A stretch of 64,000 nucleotides of DNA from Armatimonadota bacterium (GTDB lineage: Bacteria; Armatimonadota; UBA5829; DTLH01), in assembly GCA_039679675.1 (NCBI GenBank), contig JBDKUN010000003.1, forward strand, positions 28,089 to 92,088, written 5' to 3'. Both the position numbers and the translations under genes were made by a program. A model generated the notes under the pieces. That model did not search any database, was not told the origin of the DNA, and was given only the letters and a program-made list of their open reading frames with translations. Position 1 is the stretch's first letter, and each line of letters opens with the position of its first letter. Shown piece after piece: positions 20,990-30,215 of the stretch.

Positions 20990-22171
20990 TTATAAGCTTT
21001 CGGCGATTATGCCGATAGCTAAGTCTATGTCTTCTTTGGTAATGACGAGCGGAGGAATGAATCTTAGAATGCTGTCTCCAATTGCGTTCAGCAGGAGGCC
21101 CTTGTCCATGCAGGCCGATACCAGAGTTTTGGCAATCGGTTTAGACAATTGGACACCGATCATCAACCCAAGTCCGCGGACTTCCTCTATCGGCGCGCCG
21201 GCCTCCTTCAGTGATTTGAGTTTCTTCTGGAGATATTTTCCGTTATCCCGCGCGTTTTCGATAAGTCCGTCATTGTGGATAGTTGAAAGCGCAGCCATAG
21301 CAGCCGCGCAGGCGAGGGGATTGCCTCCAAATGTAGAAGAGTGGTCTCCCGGCTGAAACACATTGGCTGCGTCTCCACGGGCAAGGCATGCGCCTATCGG
21401 GAAACCTGCGCCGAGCGTCTTTGCAAGCGTCATTACATCAGGGACTACGCCGAAATGCTCATAAGCGAACATTTTGCCGGTCCTGCCGATTCCGGTCTGC
21501 ACCTCATCGAATATAAGCAGGACTCCGTCCGAGTCGCATGCCGTCCGCGCGAACTGCAGATACTCTGGTGAGGCCGGGTGGACACCGCTTTCACCCTGCA
21601 CAGGTTCGAGTATCACCGCGCAGGTATTCTCGGAGATCGTCTCTTCGAGCGCTTCTATATCATTGTAAGGGACGTATTTGAACCCCGGTACGAGCGGGGT
21701 GAACCATTTCTGATACTTGGTCTGGCCCGTAGCCGTAATTGAGCCCATTGTCCTGCCATGAAACGACCCAATCGCAGTGACGATCTCTATTTTTTTCTCA
21801 GAACGTTGCTTTCCCCATTTTCTAGCAAGCTTGATTGCAGCTTCGTTCGCTTCGGTTCCGCTGTTGCAGAAGAATACCTTGTCGAAGTCCGACCACTTTA
21901 TGAGCATTTCCGCAAGCGCGGGCTGCTGCTCTGTGTAATATATATTACTGGTGTGCATCAGCACCGCAGCCTGTCTTTGGAGCGCTTCCACCACTTTGGG
22001 GTGGCAGTGCCCGAGTCCGTTTACCGCGATACCGGCGACGAAGTCGAGGTATTCTTTCCCTGTGTCATCCCACACACGAGCACCCTCACCTCTGACGATG
22101 GCCAGCGGTTGCCGCGCGCAGGTAGACATTACGTATTTACTGTCAAGTTCGATAATCTCTTTGTGTTTCAC
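20990..22171 (-). CDS. argD: Acetylornithine aminotransferase
   Basis: FCNSGTEANEAAIK, FHGRT, EPVQGESG, DEVQTG, LAKTLG, HSSTFGGNP; arg operon context. Confidence 0.93.
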   Translation of the reverse strand: MKHKEIIELDSKYVMSTCARQPLAIVRGEGARVWDDTGKEYLDFVAGIAVNGLGHCHPKVVEALQRQAAVLMHTSNIYYTEQQPALAEMLIKWSDFDKVFFCNSGTEANEAAIKLARKWGKQRSEKKIEIVTAIGSFHGRTMGSITATGQTKYQKWFTPLVPGFKYVPYNDIEALEETISENTCAVILEPVQGESGVHPASPEYLQFARTACDSDGVLLIFDEVQTGIGRTGKMFAYEHFGVVPDVMTLAKTLGAGFPIGACLARGDAANVFQPGDHSSTFGGNPLACAAAMAALSTIHNDGLIENARDNGKYLQKKLKSLKEAGAPIEEVRGLGLMIGVQLSKPIAKTLVSACMDKGLLLNAIGDSILRFIPPLVITKEDIDLAIGIIAESL

Positions 22172-22206
22172 TATTCCTCCTGAGACTTCCGGTCTAGGGT
22201 GCGGTA

Positions 22207-22815
22207 TTACTCGGGCGGAGGTGTGCGTTTCCGCTTCCTCAGCTTGGGATTAAGCTCCTCAAGAGCTGCCGTGAGGTCGTACACGAACGACGTCAGGTCC
22301 CGATCCTGCTCCTTCAGATTGCGCAGCTCGAGCAGCAGGATATCCTTGAACTGCTGGAGTTGCCGGGTATGCAGCTCTTTCATCTCGCGCATCTCCTCGC
22401 GGATCGATTCAAGCTCGGCATTGATCTCATCAGCCGGAAAATTGAGCTTTTCCGAAATTTCGGGAGCCATTCCGGTGTCTTCGACAAACCGGGACAGCGC
22501 CGACTGGCTGATCATACGCCTTACACCGTCTTCGAACCGGACCTGTATGGAATCGAGTTCACCCCCGACCAACAGCCGTTCCATAGCATCGGGTGAAAGT
22601 CCGAGCATCGCCCGCGCATCTTCGACATTTATTTTATAATCACCGACCGGCTCCGGAAATACTACCGGCTCCAACTCCACAGGTTCTTTCAATTCGGTTG
22701 GGATCAGTCCCTGTTGGAGCCATTCTTCATGGAGTCGCGCAATTCCGGCAGGCAGATCTTTTTCGTCCTGCCCTGGGCGCTCCTCCCGGTCTTCTTGTTC
22801 CAATTGTTCATCCAT
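22207..22815 (-). CDS. Hypothetical protein with excisionase/MerR-like HTH and coiled coil
   Basis: INVEDARAMLGLSPDAMERLLVGGELDS...RRMISQSAL, then heptad coiled coil and a basic tail. Confidence 0.6.
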   Translation of the reverse strand: MDEQLEQEDREERPGQDEKDLPAGIARLHEEWLQQGLIPTELKEPVELEPVVFPEPVGDYKINVEDARAMLGLSPDAMERLLVGGELDSIQVRFEDGVRRMISQSALSRFVEDTGMAPEISEKLNFPADEINAELESIREEMREMKELHTRQLQQFKDILLLELRNLKEQDRDLTSFVYDLTAALEELNPKLRKRKRTPPPE

Positions 22816-23000
22816 ATGGTTAATTCAACCTCAAAAAATGCTTCGCCTGCCTGTGTTGTTCCACAGAAAAAAGCACCATTTAAATTACTTCGACATGTAA
22901 CTCAGCTTTACCTCCTTCAGTGAAATACGCGAATCCTTTTTGGTACGTGTCAAGTTATATAAAAATAGGATATACTGCTCTAATGCTGTGGTTCTGTGGT

Positions 23001-23029
23001 TTGACGCAGCACGGACTCGGATTTATAAT
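23001..23029 (+). promoter_or_regulatory. sigma70-type promoter of PBP genes
   Basis: TTGACG-17-TATAAT. Confidence 0.7.
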
Positions 23030-23068
23030 TCTAAAGTGCGATAGACTGCATGGAGTAAAAAACAGCTG

Positions 23069-25321
23069 ATGGTAAATCAGGTTAGAGTTAATAATAAGGG
23101 AAGACTCAGGCCCGGAAGGCGGGTCAGCAAGCTGCGGAGGCTGGTAACACAGCTGCAGGCAGGTGTGCTGCTCATGTTCTGTGTCGGCATAGGCGGAACG
23201 ATTGGGTTTGTTGTCAGTGTTACACACGAGCTTCAGGATGTTACCAATTACAGCCCTCATGAGGCATCAAAGATATATTCCAGCGATAATGTCCTCCTCG
23301 CCACGTTCGGTGAGGAAAACCGTGAGTTTGTCGAACTCAATAAAATTCCCAAGGACCTGATCAATGCCACTGTTGCGATAGAAGACAGGCGGTTTTACGA
23401 GCACAGCGGCGTCGACCTGCGGGGTATCGGGCGCGCGATCGTCAAAAATATCCGCGGCGGACGGATGGCCGAAGGCGGGAGCACGATCACGCAGCAGCTT
23501 GCGCGAAACGTCTACTTAAGCCCCAAAAAAACCCTGAACAGAAAACTCCGCGAGGCGGTTCTGGCAGTAGTTATCGAGCGCAACTACACCAAGTCCAAGA
23601 TCATAGAGCTTTATTTGAACCAGGTCTACTACGGTTCGAGCGCGTACGGTGTTGAAGCAGCGTCCAAGATATATTTCGGCAAGGATGTAAACAACCTCAA
23701 ACTGTCGGAGTGCGCACTTCTGGCCGGACTACCTCAGCGGCCGTCCAGTTATTCACCTCATGTCGACCTGGAGGCCGCGGTCAACAGGCGCGATGTAGTG
23801 CTGAACCGCATGGAAGAGCTCAAATATATTTCACATGAGCAGTGCGAGAGGGCAAAAGCCCAGGTTCCGCACATAATGCCGTTGAAACCGACAAAATACA
23901 GGTCGAAAGCGCCGTATTTCACTGACTACGTCAAGAAATACTTAAGAGACCACAATCAGTTCGGCGATGACCTGATCGAACGGGGCGGGCTCAGGGTCTA
24001 TACTACTCTTAATTACAAGATGCAGGTTGCGGCGCAGAGAGCCCTGACAGACGGAATTCGCAGTGCAAGACAACGCGGCCAGATGAGCGATACCAGCGGC
24101 AACGGCGCACTCGTCTGCATAGAGCCATCTACCGGATACATAAGAGCGATGGTCGGCGGCGAAAATTACGAGGAAAACGAGTTCAACAGGGCTGTCCAGG
24201 CGGAACGCCAGCCGGGAAGCTCGTTCAAAGCATTTGTTTATACTGCAGCGGTCGACAAGCTTGGATGGGACGCCAATCACAGGCTGCCGGGCGGCCGTTT
24301 TACTTATGTAAGCGATACCGGAGTCAGATGGTCGCCTAAGAATTACGACGGCAGGTATCCGAGCAATTTGACGATAAGGCAGGCAGTAGCCCGCTCGGTC
24401 AATGTGGCGGCTGTACAGGCGGCTCTTCAGGTCGGGTTGAATAATGTTATCGACTATGCACATCTGCTGGGAATAAAGTCCGAGATCGAGCCTTATCCGG
24501 CGCTGGCAATCGGCGGGATCAAGGGGATCAGGGTGCTCGAAATGGCATCTGCTTACGGAGTATTCGCCACGGGTGGTTACTATGTCGAGCCGACACCGAT
24601 AGCTAAGATAGTCGACAGTCGCGGGCAGCTTTACGATGAGGATTCCATAGAACGTAAGCATGTTCTCGGCGAGCGGACGGCGAAGGTTATGGATGAACTC
24701 TTCCGCGGGGTTGTCACGTCAGGAACTGGCCGTACTGTAAGCAGCATAGCCGATGCCCGCGGCAAAACAGGCACTACGAACGACGGCAGGGACGTTTGGT
24801 TCATCGGTTATGTCCCGAACAAGCTCGTAACAGCCGTCTGGGCAGGAAACGATAATAATCTGCCGATGAGACATGTCTCAGGAAGCGGTGTTTGCGGCCC
24901 AATCTGGAAAGAGTTCATGGGAACGGCGCTGAAGATTCATAACGACAACCACCGGCCGCATGTAACCACCAAGGAAAGTCCTGCCGAAGATACCGGCACC
25001 ACAGTGGAGCGGAGCCGCCCGGCGCGAGATAATACATCAACGGAGACCGATACTAACGACAGCGAGGATGATCAGCCGGAGGAACCTACTCTCCATACCG
25101 TACGCGTAAGAATATGTAATGAGACGGCTCTTCTGGCGACCAGCGCTTGCCCGGCTACACACACGGAAGTGTTCGTGGAAGGCAATCAGCCCACAGCATA
25201 CTGTAATGTTCACCACCCCAAGGGCAACTCGACGGGCAGCACCGGATCAGGAACTCAGCAGGAAGGATCGGACAGAGGTCTCAGAATGACTCCGCCGCCG
25301 CCAATGTCACCGGACCATTAG
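23069..25321 (+). CDS. Class A penicillin-binding protein (PBP1A family)
   Basis: GT51 motifs EDRRFYEHSG and GGSTITQQL; transpeptidase motifs SSFK, SVN, KTG. Confidence 0.95.
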   Translation: MVNQVRVNNKGRLRPGRRVSKLRRLVTQLQAGVLLMFCVGIGGTIGFVVSVTHELQDVTNYSPHEASKIYSSDNVLLATFGEENREFVELNKIPKDLINATVAIEDRRFYEHSGVDLRGIGRAIVKNIRGGRMAEGGSTITQQLARNVYLSPKKTLNRKLREAVLAVVIERNYTKSKIIELYLNQVYYGSSAYGVEAASKIYFGKDVNNLKLSECALLAGLPQRPSSYSPHVDLEAAVNRRDVVLNRMEELKYISHEQCERAKAQVPHIMPLKPTKYRSKAPYFTDYVKKYLRDHNQFGDDLIERGGLRVYTTLNYKMQVAAQRALTDGIRSARQRGQMSDTSGNGALVCIEPSTGYIRAMVGGENYEENEFNRAVQAERQPGSSFKAFVYTAAVDKLGWDANHRLPGGRFTYVSDTGVRWSPKNYDGRYPSNLTIRQAVARSVNVAAVQAALQVGLNNVIDYAHLLGIKSEIEPYPALAIGGIKGIRVLEMASAYGVFATGGYYVEPTPIAKIVDSRGQLYDEDSIERKHVLGERTAKVMDELFRGVVTSGTGRTVSSIADARGKTGTTNDGRDVWFIGYVPNKLVTAVWAGNDNNLPMRHVSGSGVCGPIWKEFMGTALKIHNDNHRPHVTTKESPAEDTGTTVERSRPARDNTSTETDTNDSEDDQPEEPTLHTVRVRICNETALLATSACPATHTEVFVEGNQPTAYCNVHHPKGNSTGSTGSGTQQEGSDRGLRMTPPPPMSPDH

Positions 25322-25391
25322 GCCAAGGCAGGTTTTGACAACGAGAAATTTAAGAGGAAGTTTTAATTACGAAAAGGTATGAGGAATGAAG

Positions 25392-25421
25392 GTTGAGTGG
25401 CGGAAACTTCCGCCACTCAAC
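25392..25421. other. Strong hairpin between PBP1A and PBP2
   Basis: GTTGAGTGGCGGAA-AC-TTCCGCCACTCAAC, followed by CCCCTGA-type heptamers. Confidence 0.6.
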
Positions 25422-25469
25422 TCCTAACCCCTGACCCCCATCCCCTTTCTGTATATTGTTGATATTCAT

Positions 25470-27305
25470 ATGCTTACTCCACATGAAGATAGAATGATTC
25501 AGCGGAACAGGATGAAAGGGTTTGCGATCCTGTGCATAGCCCTTTTCGTCATCCTGCTCGCGAGGCTTTGGTACCTTCAGATAGCATCAGGGGCATCACT
25601 TCTTGCGGAATCGGAAACGAACCGCAGGAGACTGATCCGTGTCCGCGCGCCCCGCGGACTCATCCTGGACAGACATGGGAAAATACTTGCCACCAGCCGC
25701 CCGCAGTTTGTCGTGCTGGCCGTTCCGGAGATGCTTGCCGAAAACCCGGCGGCTTTTACTACGCTTTGCAAAGTGCTCAATGTTTCTAAGGAAGACCTGC
25801 AGGCGATCATGCGGAAGGATCGCGCTGTCGCATACGCCCCGGTCAGAGTGGCCATAGATGTCCCGCTGGATGTAGTTGCCAAGCTCCAAGAGAGAAAACC
25901 GATACTCCCAGGCGTTACAGTCGAGCTCGACCAGATCAGAAGTTATCCTGATGGCCCGGCATTTGCTCATGTTCTCGGTTACATCGGGGAAATCAACAAA
26001 GAAGAGCTGGATCGGCTGGATAGTTCGGACATAAATTACAGGCCGGGGGATTATGTCGGCAAATCCGGCGTAGAAAAGGAATATGAATCGCTCCTTCATG
26101 GCATGGACGGAGGCCAGGAGATAGAAGTGGATGCCCGTGGCCGCACGAGGCGCATGCTTGATGACAAAGGGTCGGTTCCGGGGCACACTCTTGTGCTCAC
26201 GATAGATAAAGACCTGCAGTTGGCCGCAGAAAGGACTATGGCAGGGAAAGTCGGCGCAGCTGTCGCGATCAATCCGCAAAATGGAGAGGTTTTGGCGATG
26301 GTCAGCAATCCGAGCTTTGACCCTAACATATTCGTAAAGAAAGTCAAAGTCTCGGACTGGAACAAGATTATCGGCAATAAGTCCAATCCGCTTCAGAACC
26401 GGGCTGTAGCAAACAAATATCCGCCGGGTTCTACATTCAAGCCGATCACAGCGACCGCGGCACTCGAATACAAGGTCGCGACTCCCAACACGAGCCTATA
26501 TTGTTCGGGCGGCTACCGCTTGGGGCGGGTTTTCCACTGCTGGAAGCGGCATGGGCGCGTTACGTTCACGACCGCCATATCCCAGTCATGCGATGTGTTC
26601 TTCTATCAAATGGGCCAGCGGATGGGGGTAAACAAACTCGCCAAGATGGCCAGGTCGTTCGGTATAGGGCACGCTACTATGATCGACCTGCCCGAAGAGG
26701 CTCCGGGGAAGGACGGTTCCAAAGGCACGATGCCTGATGAGGAATGGAAGAGAAAACGGTTCAAACGGCCGGATATGCAGAAATGGTATCCAGGTGAGAC
26801 ACTTCCGGTAGCTATAGGGCAGGGTTATGTTCAGACGACGCCGCTGCAGATGGCACTCGTAGCTGCAGCAGTTTCGACTTCGGGAAAGATGTACCGTCCT
26901 CATGTGCTTTTTGAGGTGAAAAACCCGAACGGCAAAGTGATAAAGAAGGTCGCAAGGCGTTTCGAGCGGCAGGTCCCTGCGTCAAGTGAAACATTCAAAG
27001 CTGTCCAATACGGTATGCGCCAGACGGTAGTCGGGCCCGGAGGGACCGGCAAAGTTGTCAACCTGGAAGGCGTTTCCGTTGCAGGAAAAACCGGATCAGC
27101 GGAGAACTCCGGGGCCGCCCATGCCTGGTTCATCTGTTACGCGTCTACAGAAGACCCCAAGATTGCAATCGCCGTCATAGTCGAGCATGGCCGCCACGGT
27201 GCATCTGCCGCAGCACCCGTTGCACGGGCAATCCTGGATGTATACTACGGGAAGAAAAAGGTCTCCGACATCAAAGCATCCTCAGCCCACGTAAGTGGTG
27301 ACTAG
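25470..27305 (+). CDS. mrdA: Penicillin-binding protein 2
   Basis: RLWYLQI, APRGLILDR, GKSGVEK, STFK, SCD, IGQG, KTG. Confidence 0.93.
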   Translation: MLTPHEDRMIQRNRMKGFAILCIALFVILLARLWYLQIASGASLLAESETNRRRLIRVRAPRGLILDRHGKILATSRPQFVVLAVPEMLAENPAAFTTLCKVLNVSKEDLQAIMRKDRAVAYAPVRVAIDVPLDVVAKLQERKPILPGVTVELDQIRSYPDGPAFAHVLGYIGEINKEELDRLDSSDINYRPGDYVGKSGVEKEYESLLHGMDGGQEIEVDARGRTRRMLDDKGSVPGHTLVLTIDKDLQLAAERTMAGKVGAAVAINPQNGEVLAMVSNPSFDPNIFVKKVKVSDWNKIIGNKSNPLQNRAVANKYPPGSTFKPITATAALEYKVATPNTSLYCSGGYRLGRVFHCWKRHGRVTFTTAISQSCDVFFYQMGQRMGVNKLAKMARSFGIGHATMIDLPEEAPGKDGSKGTMPDEEWKRKRFKRPDMQKWYPGETLPVAIGQGYVQTTPLQMALVAAAVSTSGKMYRPHVLFEVKNPNGKVIKKVARRFERQVPASSETFKAVQYGMRQTVVGPGGTGKVVNLEGVSVAGKTGSAENSGAAHAWFICYASTEDPKIAIAVIVEHGRHGASAAAPVARAILDVYYGKKKVSDIKASSAHVSGD

Positions 27306-27325
27306 TAATCTGTAAAGTTGATTGC

Positions 27326-27425
27326 GTCATTCAACCCGTATTTTCTGCGAACAATACGGGCTAGAACGCAGTGAAGAATCTCAAAATGTCGGACGGTTGA
27401 GATCCTTCGCTTTGCTCAGGATGAC
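27326..27425. repeat. Palindromic intergenic repeat of the GTCATT...GAAGAATCT / AGATCCTTCG...CAGGATGAC type
   Basis: Arms GAACGCAGTGAAGAATCTCAA and TTGAGATCCTTCGCTTTGCTCAGGATGAC; the left arm is interrupted by an extra hairpin. Confidence 0.65.
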
Positions 27426-27462
27426 ATGCTATTTATTAATATTCAAGTTAACTAACCACTGA

Positions 27463-28992
27463 TCAGATCTCTCCTCCGATGTCCTGTCCTCCTGCTGTGG
27501 CTGTACCCGGTTCTGTAGGAGCGGCCTCTTTTCCCGCCCAGAAATCTTTTATGGCGGCACGTTTCTTTTCTGCAAGCGTCTCGCTCAGTCCTACCCAGTA
27601 GATTTCCGGGTTTATCAGCCTCTGCATCTCTGCCGGGAGTGATTTCAACTGCGATTTTGCATAGGACTGAATTTCGCTGACGGATTTTCGCTTTATCAGC
27701 CTCTTTCCATTTTTCATCACCTGCTGGAGCAGCGGACGCCGTTCATAAGCCTCCCGGAATGCCCTGGTGCGCTCAAAGACCATCCGGTCGTGAGAAATAA
27801 TAGCTCCTACCGGTCCGGCATCTTCGTTTTCCAGGAACATTACGTCGCCGAGCATCTCTCCTTCGGGAGAATAAAAACGGTAAGGCATTTTGACTCCGGG
27901 GTCCGTCGTTTTTTCGGCATTGTTCGATATCTTCATTTTGATGTCCCAGCCGCTTTCTTTAAAAACGGCAGAGAGCTTGTACACGCCGCCCAACGCAGGC
28001 TCGTCTCCGCCGGTCACCAGCCTGGTTCCGACGCCCCACGAGTTTACTTTGGCCCCCTGGCGTTTCATGTCCGCGATCAGATATTCGTCGAGCTCGTTCG
28101 ATGCCACAATGAGCGGGTCGGGGAAACCGGCTGCTTCCAGCCTTTTGTGAACCTCCTTCGAAAGCTTCGCAATATCTCCTGAATCGAGCCGCACACCTGC
28201 ACGGACCGGCTTTCCCCCGGCTCTCAGTTCGTTCAGTGCAATGATGGCGTTCGGTACTCCGCTCTCAAGGGTATCATAGGTGTCCAGAAGCAGGACGGGG
28301 TTCTGGGGAAACGCCCGGACATAAGCTCTGAACGACTCAAGCTCGGTGTCGAACGCCATTACCCAACTGTGGGCGTGAGTGCCCATCACAGGGATGCCGA
28401 ACAGCTTTCCCGCTATCACGTTGGAGGTCGAACGCGCGCCCCCGATGTAGGCTGCCCTCGATCCTGAGATTCCTCCATCCGGTCCCTGTGCCCTTCTTAA
28501 GCCGAACTCCACTATTGGGTCACCCTGCGCTGCAGCAGTGCAGCGTGCGGCTTTGGTAGCGATCAGCGTTTGATAGTTCAATCTGTTCAAGACAAGAGTT
28601 TCGATTATCTGCGACTGAGCAAGCGGGCCGTGGACCCTGCAAATCGTCTCATTCGGGAAGATAAGGCTCCCTTCGGGTGCGGCATATACATCGCATTTGA
28701 ACCGGAAGTCTTTTATCGCCTCGATAAACTCTTCCGCAAATATCCCAAGCGAACGCAGATACTCCAGATCGTCCGGCGAGAAATGAAGCTCTTCCAAGTC
28801 GTCTAGCAGCGGGTCCAACCCGGCCATGATAGCAAACCCGGTGTTGCGAGGAAGCCTGCGGAAAATATACTCGAAGACTGCCTGCTGGTCTTCCATACCG
28901 GAATCGTAATAGGCCGCCATCATGGTCAGCTCATAAAGGTCCGTAAGCAGTATATTGCTTTCCCGTTTCAGATCGTCGCCCATATTTAACAT
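27463..28992 (-). CDS. pncB: Nicotinate phosphoribosyltransferase
   Basis: LLTDLYELTM, EFGLRRAQG, GTHAHSW, LDTYD, VRLDSGD, GGVYKL. Confidence 0.96.
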   Translation of the reverse strand: MLNMGDDLKRESNILLTDLYELTMMAAYYDSGMEDQQAVFEYIFRRLPRNTGFAIMAGLDPLLDDLEELHFSPDDLEYLRSLGIFAEEFIEAIKDFRFKCDVYAAPEGSLIFPNETICRVHGPLAQSQIIETLVLNRLNYQTLIATKAARCTAAAQGDPIVEFGLRRAQGPDGGISGSRAAYIGGARSTSNVIAGKLFGIPVMGTHAHSWVMAFDTELESFRAYVRAFPQNPVLLLDTYDTLESGVPNAIIALNELRAGGKPVRAGVRLDSGDIAKLSKEVHKRLEAAGFPDPLIVASNELDEYLIADMKRQGAKVNSWGVGTRLVTGGDEPALGGVYKLSAVFKESGWDIKMKISNNAEKTTDPGVKMPYRFYSPEGEMLGDVMFLENEDAGPVGAIISHDRMVFERTRAFREAYERRPLLQQVMKNGKRLIKRKSVSEIQSYAKSQLKSLPAEMQRLINPEIYWVGLSETLAEKKRAAIKDFWAGKEAAPTEPGTATAGGQDIGGEI

Positions 28993-29129
28993 GATTCCCC
29001 TTTATAGCAAATAAATATTTGCCGGTTCTTAATGCAGGAATTATAATTAAAGAACTGTAAGAAGTTATTGGTTCCTCCAGAAGAAATACATCGTTAATTT
29101 CTTGATAATTGGAGGAGGTGATCCTGCGT

Positions 29130-29825
29130 TTGCGTAAGGGCAAAATCCTTATAGTTGATGACGATGAGGATATCCTGCGGCTTGTCGGCGGCGCGCTCAA
29201 GGTGCGGGGGTACGACATAGTTACCGCCAGCACGGGTGCTGGCGGAGTGGCATTGGCCGTAGCCGAACAGCCGGACCTGATTATCCTCGATATTGAGCTT
29301 CCCGATATGAGCGGCACAGATGTCTGTCAGCAGATCCGCCTTACCAACCTTGTACCGATTCTGTTTCTTACCGTGAGAAGCGATGAGACCGATGTCGTAC
29401 TGGGCCTCGGGGTCGGCGCGGACTATTACGTCACAAAGCCGTTTAAGGTACCCGAGCTTATTGCGGGGGTAGAAGCTGCGCTTCGCAGGGAGACGGTCTA
29501 CGCGGAGCGGAAAAAGCATCGCAGCAGCATATCGGTGAAAGACCTTCAAATCGATCTCTCTGCCTTCGAAGTCCGGAAGAAAGGTGAGCCGGTGCAGTTG
29601 ACGACTACCGAGTTCAAGCTGCTGCAGACGCTGGCAGAACATCCGGGCCGCGTGCTTACGCGCGATCAACTACTCGACTGTGTCTGGGACCTCAGGGCGG
29701 AGGGCATCTATACCCGCACGGTAGATGTTCATATCGGACGCCTCAGAAAGAAGATAGAGGATGATCCGTCTCGACCTCAATACATCGTTACGGTAGCTGG
29801 ACTTGGCTACAAGATGCCTGGTTAG
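29130..29825 (+). CDS. OmpR/PhoB-family response regulator
   Basis: REC domain plus winged helix (TRTVDVHIGRLRKKIE...TVAGLGYK); TTG start after GGAGGAGG. Confidence 0.93.
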   Translation: MRKGKILIVDDDEDILRLVGGALKVRGYDIVTASTGAGGVALAVAEQPDLIILDIELPDMSGTDVCQQIRLTNLVPILFLTVRSDETDVVLGLGVGADYYVTKPFKVPELIAGVEAALRRETVYAERKKHRSSISVKDLQIDLSAFEVRKKGEPVQLTTTEFKLLQTLAEHPGRVLTRDQLLDCVWDLRAEGIYTRTVDVHIGRLRKKIEDDPSRPQYIVTVAGLGYKMPG

Positions 29826-29828
29826 ACG

Positions 29829-30215
29829 ATGAGACCTCGCAAGATACTTATAATCGAAGACGATGCCGAGATAAGGTTGATCCTCGATATGGCTCTCAGA
29901 TATTCCGGTGGTTTCGAGCCGATCTTGGCCTGTGACGGCGTCGAAGGGGTCGAGACAGCCCGGCGGGAGAAGCCGGACTTGATATTATTGGACGCGCTGA
30001 TGCCACGGATGGACGGTTATGCCGCCTGCAGGCTCATCAAACAAGATGAATCGCTCAAAAACATTCCCGTTATCTTTCTGACAGCTAAAACCGGCCGCAA
30101 AGAGATAGACCGCGCCATCCGGGCAGGGGCCTGCGGTTATCTTACAAAACCGTTCGACCCGCTGCAGCTTGCTGCCGAGATCGACAGAATAGTCGAAGGA
30201 GCAGCGGGAACATGA
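29829..30215 (+). CDS. Single-domain response regulator
   Basis: IIEDD, LLDALMP, FLTA, KPF. Confidence 0.92.
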   Translation: MRPRKILIIEDDAEIRLILDMALRYSGGFEPILACDGVEGVETARREKPDLILLDALMPRMDGYAACRLIKQDESLKNIPVIFLTAKTGRKEIDRAIRAGACGYLTKPFDPLQLAAEIDRIVEGAAGT

